A model generated the notes under the pieces. The model did not search any database. It worked only from the letters and a program-made list of their open reading frames with translations, and was not told where the DNA came from. Source: a virus (Duplodnaviria; Caudoviricetes). Taken from it: DNA of 53,874 nt. Location of the stretch: the IMG/VR virus record IMGVR_UViG_3300031787_000162, positions 1 through 53,874 of that record. One strand, 5' to 3'. Both the position numbers and the translations under genes were made by a program. Shown piece after piece: positions 38,332-47,458 of the stretch; within the stretch, counting starts at the first letter, position 1; the number at the start of each line of letters is the position of its first letter.

Positions 38332-39051
38332 TTATCTCCATGAAGCATCATAACCAACTAATTTTGGTGGAATATCACCAATATTTTGTTGATATTTAGA
38401 CAATTCTCTTATGATACTAACTCCAGTATCATGACTTATATTTTTTATATTAGTTGGATCTATAGATAAACCAAGCATTAATTCATTAATATTAATATTA
38501 CTACGTTTAGCTAATACATCAATAAAATTAATTTGCTGATCACTAATTTTGTCCACATTATCACTAGTTGGATCATCTTCAATATTTTTGGCTAATTCTT
38601 CAGCCGCTACTACTTTTCTTAATTTTAGTCCTCGTCTTAATGCTCTACCTTCTGCTCTTGTTTCGGCTACTGCTACAGGATGATTTCTGTATATTTTATC
38701 ACAATTGCCATAATATACATCAGCAGCTCCGCTTACTATTTTCTTCAGGTTTAAATTTACCTTGTCTGACCCTTCAGAATTTAAAACATAGCCTATAGTA
38801 TGCACTACAGTGGCTCTTTTTTCATTATTTGGCTCAGGACTCTGCACAACCTGACTAATAGATTCCACAACTATACAATTAAGAGCTATTTCAAATATTC
38901 TCCTTAGTCCATCCGTAGTTGGATTACCATCAATTTTTTCATCTTCTGATAATAGACCTAAAACATAGTCATTCCATTCCAGACTATTGGTGTCAAACTT
39001 GGCAGTTTTGCTGCTACTGTCATCTGTAGATACTTTATTGTTTTTAGCCAT
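38332..39051 (-). CDS. Hypothetical protein, possible Rad52/Sak-like single-strand annealing protein
   Basis: GAAD...AVAETRAEGRALRRGL...AAEE resembles the terminal helix of Rad52/ERF-like SSAPs; small C-terminal ISDQQINFI domain. Confidence 0.4.
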   Translation of the reverse strand: MAKNNKVSTDDSSSKTAKFDTNSLEWNDYVLGLLSEDEKIDGNPTTDGLRRIFEIALNCIVVESISQVVQSPEPNNEKRATVVHTIGYVLNSEGSDKVNLNLKKIVSGAADVYYGNCDKIYRNHPVAVAETRAEGRALRRGLKLRKVVAAEELAKNIEDDPTSDNVDKISDQQINFIDVLAKRSNININELMLGLSIDPTNIKNISHDTGVSIIRELSKYQQNIGDIPPKLVGYDASWR

Positions 39052-39053
39052 TT

Positions 39054-39848
39054 TTAATCCTCTATTGTTAGAATATTATTTGTAAGTTTATTATTTTTAA
39101 TATTTTCGATATGTTCTTTTAATTTAGAATAAATGATCTGTGATCTACTTTTAGAAAAGTCTTTTGTTTGTTTTATTCTAATTAATTTTAAACCTTTTCC
39201 TATTAATAGTCCTTCTTTTTTTTGATCATAAGACTGATTACGTTTTAACGCATCTTCACCCCATACAGGCAAAAAATGAGAAGGTCCATCTACTTCGATA
39301 GCTAAATTTATACTAGGTATAAAAAGGTCGATTTGCAACTTTGTATTTGATAAAATTTGCTCCTGATGAAAGTTTACAGTATACCCATCAGCTAATAGAT
39401 TATGTAATAGAAATTTCTCTAATTTAGATCCCACTTTACTGCTATGTCTGACTGCATTAGTGGCTTTATTATGCATATTTTTCTTTTGATCATCAGATAG
39501 ATTCTCCCAATTATTTTTAGCAATTAATTTTCTCTGTGTGAGTTCATTATCTGATAAACGTTCCCAAGCCTGAAGAACTCCTAAACCAATTTTTGTTTTA
39601 GTTGTATCATCTCTGATTTTACCCTTAGTTGGATGACAATGTTTGCCGCTATTTAGTGCATTTTTTTGTGCTGAACTTTTATCTCTAATATTGATTTTAA
39701 ATTTTATAGCATCTCTTCTTACTTTATTTGAATAAGTACCAACCATATCTGCGATATCTTTAAAACTTTTTTTATCTTGTTCGTATAATTTTTCAATTAA
39801 ATGACGCTTTTCATTATCTGACAGCTGATCATACTTTTTGATATTCAT
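39054..39848 (-). CDS. Vsr/DUF559-like PD-(D/E)xK endonuclease with an N-terminal HTH (homing-endonuclease-like)
   Basis: SKLEKFL...QIDLFIPSINLAIEVDGPSH...DQKK...LIRI; HTH SFKDIADMVG; NUMOD3-like KGKIRDDTTKTKI. Confidence 0.75.
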   Translation of the reverse strand: MNIKKYDQLSDNEKRHLIEKLYEQDKKSFKDIADMVGTYSNKVRRDAIKFKINIRDKSSAQKNALNSGKHCHPTKGKIRDDTTKTKIGLGVLQAWERLSDNELTQRKLIAKNNWENLSDDQKKNMHNKATNAVRHSSKVGSKLEKFLLHNLLADGYTVNFHQEQILSNTKLQIDLFIPSINLAIEVDGPSHFLPVWGEDALKRNQSYDQKKEGLLIGKGLKLIRIKQTKDFSKSRSQIIYSKLKEHIENIKNNKLTNNILTIED

Positions 39849-40197
39849 AATAGTTCTCTTTTAAAAAGTTTTCTAAATCATCATCTAGGTCTATATATTT
39901 ATATCTATTATCTGTTGGCATATGAACAAGTTTATTATATACAATACAAAAATTGTGATTTTTAAAATTTACAATATAATCTATATGATCAAAATCAGTT
40001 AAAATTATTTGCTTATAAAAATGTTGATTGATATAAGACGAATGAAATATTGGAATATCTGCAAATTCAATATTGTATGTATCACAAAATATTATAGGTT
40101 GATATGCCTGATTTTTGGCAATTACACTTTTAAATTTAATAAATGATGGTGTGGTTAAATCTGTGAATTCTTTTTGAAAATAAGCTATTTGATACAT
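39829..40197 (-). CDS. Hypothetical protein in the glycosylation cluster
   Basis: 122-aa AT-rich ORF overlapping both neighbours. Confidence 0.55.
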   Translation of the reverse strand: MYQIAYFQKEFTDLTTPSFIKFKSVIAKNQAYQPIIFCDTYNIEFADIPIFHSSYINQHFYKQIILTDFDHIDYIVNFKNHNFCIVYNKLVHMPTDNRYKYIDLDDDLENFLKENYYEYQKV

Positions 40198-40880
40198 AAT
40201 TTTTCTCTAATGGCCTGAATACTATTTGCGTTGTCGATACATGATAATGCTTTTTTTGTAATATTAATTGGTTTAATATTAATGTTTTCTTCAATACATT
40301 TGTTAATAATTTCAAATAAATAATACTGATAAATATTACTATCGCAAACTTTTAAAAATTTATCCATATCTTTATTTGTAATATATAAACAATCAAAAAT
40401 AGTTTTAGGTAAATCATAATAACAATGTATAATACTATTATTGTGTTCTATATATCCAATATTTCCTTTTGAGTCATTATTGACGAGTACAAAAGACGTT
40501 AATAAATTTTGTGTAATAAATTTTTTTACAGAGTTATGTAACACTAATGACGAATTAATAATCAAACAGTTTGGATTTTGTATTAATCGATGAGCGTGCT
40601 TAATACTTGTGCCAATATTTGTATTGCTATCTATAGGATGTTCTATATATTTAATATTATGATTGTATAAATTATGATCTATATATTTTTTAAGTCTTTT
40701 GCCATCAAATCCGCCAACAATAATAATTTCGGGATTATCAAATAATGTATTTAAAAAATCGATCTGATAATCAACTAGATGATATTTTTTATTGATCTTT
40801 ATTAAGTATTTGTTACCTAATGATTTAATTTTTTTATCTGGTAATGCATTTAAAATAATAATTGAATATTTATTGTTCAT
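40185..40880 (-). CDS. Sugar/choline nucleotidyltransferase-like protein (degenerate motif)
   Basis: IIILNA..KKIKSLGNKYLI...QIDFL...EIIIVGGF...TNIGTSI follows the LicC/GlmU fold pattern but lacks AAGxGxR. Confidence 0.6.
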   Translation of the reverse strand: MNNKYSIIILNALPDKKIKSLGNKYLIKINKKYHLVDYQIDFLNTLFDNPEIIIVGGFDGKRLKKYIDHNLYNHNIKYIEHPIDSNTNIGTSIKHAHRLIQNPNCLIINSSLVLHNSVKKFITQNLLTSFVLVNNDSKGNIGYIEHNNSIIHCYYDLPKTIFDCLYITNKDMDKFLKVCDSNIYQYYLFEIINKCIEENINIKPINITKKALSCIDNANSIQAIREKLCIK

Positions 40881-41295
40881 TTTTTTGAGCTACTATAAAA
40901 TATTCAAACACATTTATATATCTTTTATTAAGAATAGTAAAATTATGTTTTAATAATAATTGTTCTATATCATACATATTATGAATAGACTTTTTGTGTG
41001 GATAAAGAATAATTTTAGCCATAGTTTCATCCACAGTACCATTTGCGACACCAATCATTAGTTGTAACAAATCTGTTGATTGAACTTGTATCTGACCCTT
41101 TGGAGCTAATTTGTTGGATATTTTATTTATAATTTTATTACATTCATCATCTATATGATAATCTAATACATCAGTAATCATTAAATATTCTATTGTATTA
41201 TCGGCATATTGATATATATGATCTAAATTTTCATATTTAATGCCAACAGGTAAATTATCTGGATAAAAAATATGTGTATAGATTATATCTGTCAT
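40870..41295 (-). CDS. Truncated SAM-methyltransferase-like protein
   Basis: DNTIEYLMITDVLDY...KLAPKGQIQV..TDL...HKKS..LL..HNF mirrors the C-terminal part of class I MTases; no GxG motif. Confidence 0.45.
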   Translation of the reverse strand: MTDIIYTHIFYPDNLPVGIKYENLDHIYQYADNTIEYLMITDVLDYHIDDECNKIINKISNKLAPKGQIQVQSTDLLQLMIGVANGTVDETMAKIILYPHKKSIHNMYDIEQLLLKHNFTILNKRYINVFEYFIVAQKNEQ

Positions 41296-41759
41296 AGTTG
41301 AAATACTTTCTTACTGGTTTGAAATAATAGTTCTTTCCATAGTGCAATATTTTCATTACTATTTATGTCATATGACAATACTTTATCATGAATAGAATGC
41401 CAAGACTTATATATAGACATATTAGTAGCAATTTTAAATAAACATGGTAAATTATCTATAAATTTTATTTTATCATTATCTAATAAATCAGTTTTAGCAT
41501 AATGGTCAACTGTAATAATTGGTATATGATATCTAATAGATAATTCTCTACATATATCATAATGAGTAATTTTATTATTACAAATAATGAGATTTGGATG
41601 ATAATTACCATAATACAAATTATCATATAAAATGTATTTATGAGATAGCTTATTTAAAAAGTCTAAAAATGCTTTTGGTTCTTGTCCAAGAAGCACTATG
41701 TTTAATATTGAATTTTGAGTAAGTAACTCTCGGTCCAGTATAGATTGTGTCATATTCAT
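41292..41759 (-). CDS. Hypothetical protein, GT-B N-terminal-domain-like
   Basis: PNLIICN...HIPIITVDH Rossmann-like pattern; adjacent to GT4 genes. Confidence 0.4.
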   Translation of the reverse strand: MNMTQSILDRELLTQNSILNIVLLGQEPKAFLDFLNKLSHKYILYDNLYYGNYHPNLIICNNKITHYDICRELSIRYHIPIITVDHYAKTDLLDNDKIKFIDNLPCLFKIATNMSIYKSWHSIHDKVLSYDINSNENIALWKELLFQTSKKVFQL

Positions 41760-42865
41760 ATTAATATATGATCCTTAATACTATTCATATCGAATATTTG
41801 TTTCTGATAATTATTAATTAATTGCTCTTTATTATCTTTTGACATATTATATGCTGATCTCATTTGAGATTGTAATGATATAATATTAGGTTCGTTCCAT
41901 TCTTCATATATGGTAAATATATTTTTATTTAAAATAGAATTTGACATATAAACACTAGAATTAATACTATCTACCATAAGAGCATTGGAACTATTTAAAT
42001 ATGTTGAGGATCCAATATTTTTTGTTGTAATAATTAATTTATTTGCGAGCATAGCTTCAATAGCACATGACCCCATACCGTCAGCTTTACAAGCATTAAC
42101 ATAGCAATCTCCATCTTTGTGGAGTCTTATTATATCTTGATCTGACAAACGACCAACAACGTAATCAATATCACAATATTGTGGTTTCCTCAAAGCTACT
42201 TTAATTTCATTAATATCATATTTTATTGATTCTTGTAATTCTTCTGGTTTTTTATCATAGTCATCTGTCTTAATAAAAAGTCTTACATTATCCTGTCTAT
42301 TAAACTCTAACAAATAAGCTAATATGATACCTTTAATATTTTTTTTATCCGTATATTGTCCAATAGTATAAAAGATAAAAGGATTTGTTTCTTTTTTATC
42401 TACAAAAAATGGACTATAAGATTGTTCATAGGCTCCAATATTGTATGGTTCTGGCAATAATCTGATTGGTTTAGTAACACCAGCATCATATGCTGAATGT
42501 AATGCATTAGTGGAATTAACAAGTATTTCATCCATCAGATTTAATTTTGATGACCAGCCAGATCTATTTATAGATCTTGTTTCAATTTCAACTATACCAA
42601 TATTTTTACCAAATCTTTTGTCATATACATAATATTCTGGATACCCATACTGAATAACAAAATCATAATAATTATAATATGCATTTTCATAAGGTTCAAA
42701 TGTTTTCAAGTCGAGTGGATTTTGAATATGACTATTAGTAAAGAATAAAGGCTTGATAGATAGATTAATATCAGATTTAGTAGCTAAACAATTAATATAT
42801 CTTCTGGAGGCATATCCTAAACCATTACTATCTCTATATGGACCTATAAATAATATGTTTTTCAT
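41756..42865 (-). CDS. GT4 (GT-B) glycosyltransferase
   Basis: GPYRDSNGLG, KKNIKGII, DCYVNACKADGMGSCAIEAM (D/E-x7-E motif). Confidence 0.85.
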   Translation of the reverse strand: MKNILFIGPYRDSNGLGYASRRYINCLATKSDINLSIKPLFFTNSHIQNPLDLKTFEPYENAYYNYYDFVIQYGYPEYYVYDKRFGKNIGIVEIETRSINRSGWSSKLNLMDEILVNSTNALHSAYDAGVTKPIRLLPEPYNIGAYEQSYSPFFVDKKETNPFIFYTIGQYTDKKNIKGIILAYLLEFNRQDNVRLFIKTDDYDKKPEELQESIKYDINEIKVALRKPQYCDIDYVVGRLSDQDIIRLHKDGDCYVNACKADGMGSCAIEAMLANKLIITTKNIGSSTYLNSSNALMVDSINSSVYMSNSILNKNIFTIYEEWNEPNIISLQSQMRSAYNMSKDNKEQLINNYQKQIFDMNSIKDHILI

Positions 42866-44508
42866 TTTTTACTATATTCAAAAAAAGATATGAGTTTGGG
42901 TAAGGATTGATAATTATTACTAATTCTCATCATTTCTATTGCGTGTTTATTATTTGCATATACTTCTAATAATTTAATTGCATCTTGTCTTTTAAATTGA
43001 TATACTTGTTGACCATTTACAATAGTTTCATCATCTAAAGAACGTATTAAATCCTCAATAAATGTTGTAGATTTTAATTTTTTATCTTTAATTATATTAT
43101 CGACAATATCATATATAAAATCTCTATTATTTTTAATATTCATTACAGAGTGTTTTAAATTAATATCAAGCATTGGAGCATTCCATGCTCTTTTAGCATT
43201 AATATTAATATTATCAAATATTTCTTCATATACTTTAGCCGTAAAATCCCAGCTATATTTAGTTAATAATTTTTGTCTAGTATTTTTACCAATTGTATTT
43301 AATTGTGTTAATGGCATGTTGATTAAATTATTCAACACATCAAAACATTGTTCATTATCTGGATAACACCTATCAGCATTAGTTTCTTGTTCTCTAAATA
43401 TTCTCTTAACTGGTATTAGTTTGGCTTCAACATTACGACCAACCTCGCCCATTGCTCCATACTCTACGGTTACTACAGGTATTCCAGCTGATGCAGCTTC
43501 AACAGGAGGGATACCAAATCCTTCGCAAATAGCATATTGTACATAAATATCAAATAGATTATATATTTGATTTAATTCAGTATCGCTTAATCCATTGTTC
43601 GGATTCCATAAGTAATTACGCTTTACATTACATTTATGACATAGTTTTTTAGGACCTTTATATGTTGAGCAAGAAACATGATTACATGCTTTACATTTGT
43701 AGGTAAATATAATATTATTAGCAATATTATGTTCTAGTAATAATGCAGGAATATCCCAGCATAAAGCATCTGGAAAAGATGTATGAAGATAGAGTAATAA
43801 TTTTTTATTTTTATTTTTATTTACCAGTTCGCTAAAAATTTTAATTAAATCGGGTATTAGTTTTCTTTTTTGATTTCTCATAACAGTACCTATAATTATA
43901 GAGTCTGTTGGTAAATCAAATTGATTTTTATGAAATTTTTTATTAAAACCCAGAGGCTTAAAAGTATTTGTATCTACAGCATCACTAGCTACAGGTCCAA
44001 TATTATTTTGATTATAATAATATTTTTGTATTAAGTTTTGTTTTGCCCATTCTGTGTGAAACAATACTAGATCAGCATTTTTCAATGTATTAATACTATC
44101 TATTTTTTGAGGATCAGAATCATATGTTGGATTAATAATCCAATGATAATAATCTCTCAGTGGTGATACTTCTTCAAAAGTATAATTCCAAAAATCCCTA
44201 ACATCAAATACGATATGTGGCTTAAAATCTAACAAAGCAAATTCAAATCTCCATTGTCCATATTGATTGGTTGGACTAGAGATATACTCAGCATACAAAG
44301 GGTCTTGCTGAGCAACAGCAACAGGATATACTTTCCATTTTTCAGTTTTTGGTATATTTGGTGTTCTATAGCACGACAATTCTGCTATTTCATACTTATC
44401 GGTATTATATAATCTAGTTAAAATTTCTTTAGTATAATTACCAAATCCAGACTTTATATGACTAGATTCGCCAACCATTAATATTCTTTTTTTAATATGA
44501 TGGGACAT
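42862..44508 (-). CDS. GT4 (GT-B) glycosyltransferase with a Zn-ribbon insertion
   Basis: SGFGNY, MRNQKRK, EGFGIPPVEAASAG (E-x7-E); CKAC...CHKC insert. Confidence 0.9.
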   Translation of the reverse strand: MSHHIKKRILMVGESSHIKSGFGNYTKEILTRLYNTDKYEIAELSCYRTPNIPKTEKWKVYPVAVAQQDPLYAEYISSPTNQYGQWRFEFALLDFKPHIVFDVRDFWNYTFEEVSPLRDYYHWIINPTYDSDPQKIDSINTLKNADLVLFHTEWAKQNLIQKYYYNQNNIGPVASDAVDTNTFKPLGFNKKFHKNQFDLPTDSIIIGTVMRNQKRKLIPDLIKIFSELVNKNKNKKLLLYLHTSFPDALCWDIPALLLEHNIANNIIFTYKCKACNHVSCSTYKGPKKLCHKCNVKRNYLWNPNNGLSDTELNQIYNLFDIYVQYAICEGFGIPPVEAASAGIPVVTVEYGAMGEVGRNVEAKLIPVKRIFREQETNADRCYPDNEQCFDVLNNLINMPLTQLNTIGKNTRQKLLTKYSWDFTAKVYEEIFDNININAKRAWNAPMLDINLKHSVMNIKNNRDFIYDIVDNIIKDKKLKSTTFIEDLIRSLDDETIVNGQQVYQFKRQDAIKLLEVYANNKHAIEMMRISNNYQSLPKLISFFEYSKK

Positions 44509-44515
44509 AAATTTA

Positions 44516-44545
44516 AAATAAAACCCCCACGTCTTAGGTGGGGGA
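44516..44545 (-). terminator. Rho-independent terminator after ssb
   Basis: Minus strand CCCCCAC-CTAAGAC-GTGGGGG followed by TTTTATTTT. Confidence 0.8.
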
Positions 44546-44562
44546 ATTATGATTAGGGTTTA

Positions 44563-44940
44563 TTAGAAAGCAACAACTTCTTGATTATCTTCACTTTTCA
44601 GTTTTCTTTTACTAGATTTATTAATTTTAGCAAAATTATTAACCCTAACTTTCATAGTTGAGTGCTTATGACCATCCTTTTCCCAACTATCATTTCTTAG
44701 TGATCCTTCTACCATAACTAAATCACCCTTTTTTAATGATTCAGATATAGCTTCGGCACCAGTATCCCAAGCCTCACATTGAACAAAAGTGGTGATCTTA
44801 TCCGTTTCTCCATTTTGTTTAGTAAATTCTCTAGATACAGCAACTGTAAAGTTTGCTACTGAAGTTTGTTTACCATTAATATTAATATTTTTTACTTCTG
44901 GATCTCTAGCTAAATTTCCTTTTAAAATCACAAGATTCAT
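44563..44940 (-). CDS. ssb: Single-stranded DNA-binding protein
   Basis: MNLVILKGNLARDPE...VANFTVAV...KKGDLVMVEGSL; C-terminus ends in F; SD AAAGGAG. Confidence 0.95.
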   Translation of the reverse strand: MNLVILKGNLARDPEVKNININGKQTSVANFTVAVSREFTKQNGETDKITTFVQCEAWDTGAEAISESLKKGDLVMVEGSLRNDSWEKDGHKHSTMKVRVNNFAKINKSSKRKLKSEDNQEVVAF

Positions 44941-44989
44941 TTAAATTCTCCTTTAGAAAAACCAATTGGTCATTTGACCATACACACAT

Positions 44990-45017
44990 ATTATAGCTGC
45001 GTCAAGAGTTTTGTCAA
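44990..45017 (-). promoter_or_regulatory. Consensus sigma70 promoter for ssb
   Basis: Minus strand TTGACA (45017-45012)-N16-TATAAT (44995-44990) in the intergenic gap. Confidence 0.8.
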
Positions 45018-45019
45018 TC

Positions 45020-46558
45020 TCACAGCTGCCAACACTTTTTGATAATTAAACTATCTTTTTTCTTTGTTTGTTCTAAATTAAACATAATAGTATTATTTTT
45101 AAATAATAAATGTTTATATGTGTCAAATTCTTTTGGGAAAGCAATAATGTCGCACGATCCGGTACTATCAGAGATTTTGATAAATGCCATTTCTTGACCA
45201 GGATTAGCACCCTTCTTTGTCTTGATAATGCTAATATCATCTATTTCCGCACCAACTATAATAGTTTTTAATCCTAGGCACGACTTACTTAGTGATTGAC
45301 AATCTGTATTGGCGGCTTCTAAATCTCGTCCATCAATGACAGAACACGTTATACTAACTCCCAATAGTTGTTTTTCTGAAGTAGCTATCCATTCATAATT
45401 ATCATCTAAACTATATGCTGGTTTTTGAATTGCTGATATTAGAGAAGAAATTGTTTGCAGTCTTTTTTTATTAACAAATTTTAATAATTTAGATAATATA
45501 TTTTCTATATTGTCGTTTAAATCAATATTATTTATAATGATTTCTTTTTCTCTAGCGCTCAAATTAGATATGATATCTAAGTAAAATAATATTTTCTTTC
45601 TAGACACCTTTAAATAATCAATAGCTCCAACAGAAACAATAGCTTTAGCTGCTTTGCTATTAATTTGATCTAATATAAAAAATAATAATTCATTTATTGT
45701 AATATTATTAATATCTATTTTAGTAGAAGATACTATATCTAGTATTTTATTATAAACAGATTCACCAACACCTTTAATATTTGTTAAACCAAAATATATA
45801 ATATTTTGATCTAGAATAAATTCTTTATTTAATTTACGTAAGTCTGGTCTATATATATTAATATGGTTCTCATGGGCATTATGTACTAATTCTGCCACCT
45901 CTTTTATTGGATCTATTTTATCTTTTGCAAACTTTAAGTATGAGGTAAAAAATTCTTTAGTATAGTGCGTTTTAGCATAGGCTGAGACATAGGCATTAAG
46001 AGCATAACTAATAGCATGGCTTTTATTAAATGAATATCTTTGACTTTTTTCTATCCAGCTAAAAATTTGCTCAGCCTCATGCTCATTAACAATGTTAGCA
46101 GATTTAGTTTTTTCCATGAATAATGTTTTGATTTTAGCCATTTCTTCAGGTTTTTTCTTGCCAATAGCTTTTCTTAACATGTCAGCTTCTGATAAATTAA
46201 AGTTAGCTATGCTTTGACATATTTGCATTGCTTGTTCTTGATAAACCATCTCACCATATGTTTCTTTAAGAATAGGTTCCAAACTATGATGAAAATAATC
46301 AATAGACTCAGTTCCATTTTTTTTATCTATATAGTGATTAGAAACTGTTTTTCCTTCTCTAACGGCTTCTAAACAACCAGGTCTAAGAATACTGATTAAA
46401 GCCGCTAAATGTTCTATAGTTTCTGGCTTTAATTTTTTAGACATACTTTGACCAAGTCTTGACTCTAGTTGAAATATCCCTTTTGTATTACCAGAGCCAA
46501 TTAAATACCAAGTTTTTGGACAATTTAAATCAATACTATTAAAATCTAGTCTTGTCAT
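45020..46558 (-). CDS. dnaE: DNA polymerase III alpha, C-terminal part (fingers, HhH, OB)
   Basis: TKGIFQLES, ILRPG, LKETYGEMVYQEQAM, ADMLRKAIGKK, YSFNKSHA, GLTNIKGVG, OB MAFIKISDSTG. Confidence 0.92.
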   Translation of the reverse strand: MTRLDFNSIDLNCPKTWYLIGSGNTKGIFQLESRLGQSMSKKLKPETIEHLAALISILRPGCLEAVREGKTVSNHYIDKKNGTESIDYFHHSLEPILKETYGEMVYQEQAMQICQSIANFNLSEADMLRKAIGKKKPEEMAKIKTLFMEKTKSANIVNEHEAEQIFSWIEKSQRYSFNKSHAISYALNAYVSAYAKTHYTKEFFTSYLKFAKDKIDPIKEVAELVHNAHENHINIYRPDLRKLNKEFILDQNIIYFGLTNIKGVGESVYNKILDIVSSTKIDINNITINELLFFILDQINSKAAKAIVSVGAIDYLKVSRKKILFYLDIISNLSAREKEIIINNIDLNDNIENILSKLLKFVNKKRLQTISSLISAIQKPAYSLDDNYEWIATSEKQLLGVSITCSVIDGRDLEAANTDCQSLSKSCLGLKTIIVGAEIDDISIIKTKKGANPGQEMAFIKISDSTGSCDIIAFPKEFDTYKHLLFKNNTIMFNLEQTKKKDSLIIKKCWQL

Positions 46559-47268
46559 ATGAGTTGAGTTTGAGCAAAAGAATTTTTAAACTTAATTTTA
46601 GAAGATAGATTTCTATGAAGCCTCATAAATCTTATCAAGATTTCAGCACAGTCTTTGACATCTTTAATAGCGTCATGAGCATTGGTTTTATCTATACCGA
46701 GATAATCTCTAAGAGTATCTAATGATAGTGATTTAATATCAGAAGAATTTTCTAGCCATAACCAAGCAATATTCATTATATCAATTTGATCTCGTGGATG
46801 AAATAAGTTAGTATTATTTTCTTTATTAACATTGCCATATTTTTGGCTAAGTCTATGTACTATTTTCATATCAAATCTAATAATGTTATATCCACACGCT
46901 ATAGGTGAACTAAATTGACTTTTAGTTTTTCTATTTTTTAGATGATAATTATCTAAATAACCAATAAATTGTTGCCAACTATGTTTTTGTGATGGATATT
47001 TAGTCCACGTATTAAAAATTTCTGATTTATCCACTCCTTTCACTTTGCCGTGCCACTCTAGTATATCGCTATCGTCATATAAAGTAGCATCAGATTTTGG
47101 ATTATCTTCAATTCGCTCAGGTTTTAGATAAACATTAAATTCTGAATCTTTAATAATTTCTAGTCTATTATTGTCTATCATTACTGCCGATAATTGGACT
47201 GGACTACACTCTAATGGATTTGAGCCATCAGTTTCAAAATCGAACACGCAAATATTATTTTTAATCAC
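46555..47268 (-). CDS. DEDDh 3'-5' exonuclease (Pol III epsilon-like)
   Basis: ExoI VFDFETDG, ExoII GYNIIRFD, ExoIII AHDAIKD; GTG start. Confidence 0.9.
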   Translation of the reverse strand: MIKNNICVFDFETDGSNPLECSPVQLSAVMIDNNRLEIIKDSEFNVYLKPERIEDNPKSDATLYDDSDILEWHGKVKGVDKSEIFNTWTKYPSQKHSWQQFIGYLDNYHLKNRKTKSQFSSPIACGYNIIRFDMKIVHRLSQKYGNVNKENNTNLFHPRDQIDIMNIAWLWLENSSDIKSLSLDTLRDYLGIDKTNAHDAIKDVKDCAEILIRFMRLHRNLSSKIKFKNSFAQTQLI

Positions 47269-47438
47269 TCTGTCACCAATTCTACTTCTTGATTAGGGGA
47301 TACCATTATTTTATTTTGGTCAGTATTATTTACAGCATTGAGCCTTTTGCAGCATGATACTTTAATTTCATCTGTTTTTGTATATTCAATATTATTGAAC
47401 TTAAACTTTTGACCCACAGCTACTTCAGCAAACTTCAT
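47265..47438 (-). CDS. 57-aa hypothetical protein (absent from the ORF track)
   Basis: Strong SD AAGGAGA; MKFAEVAVGQKFKFNNIEYTKTDEIKVSCCKRLNAVNNTDQNKIMVSPNQEVELVTE*; GTGA overlap with the exonuclease start. Confidence 0.75.
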   Translation of the reverse strand: MKFAEVAVGQKFKFNNIEYTKTDEIKVSCCKRLNAVNNTDQNKIMVSPNQEVELVTE

Positions 47439-47458
47439 AGTTATCTCCTTTAATTTAA

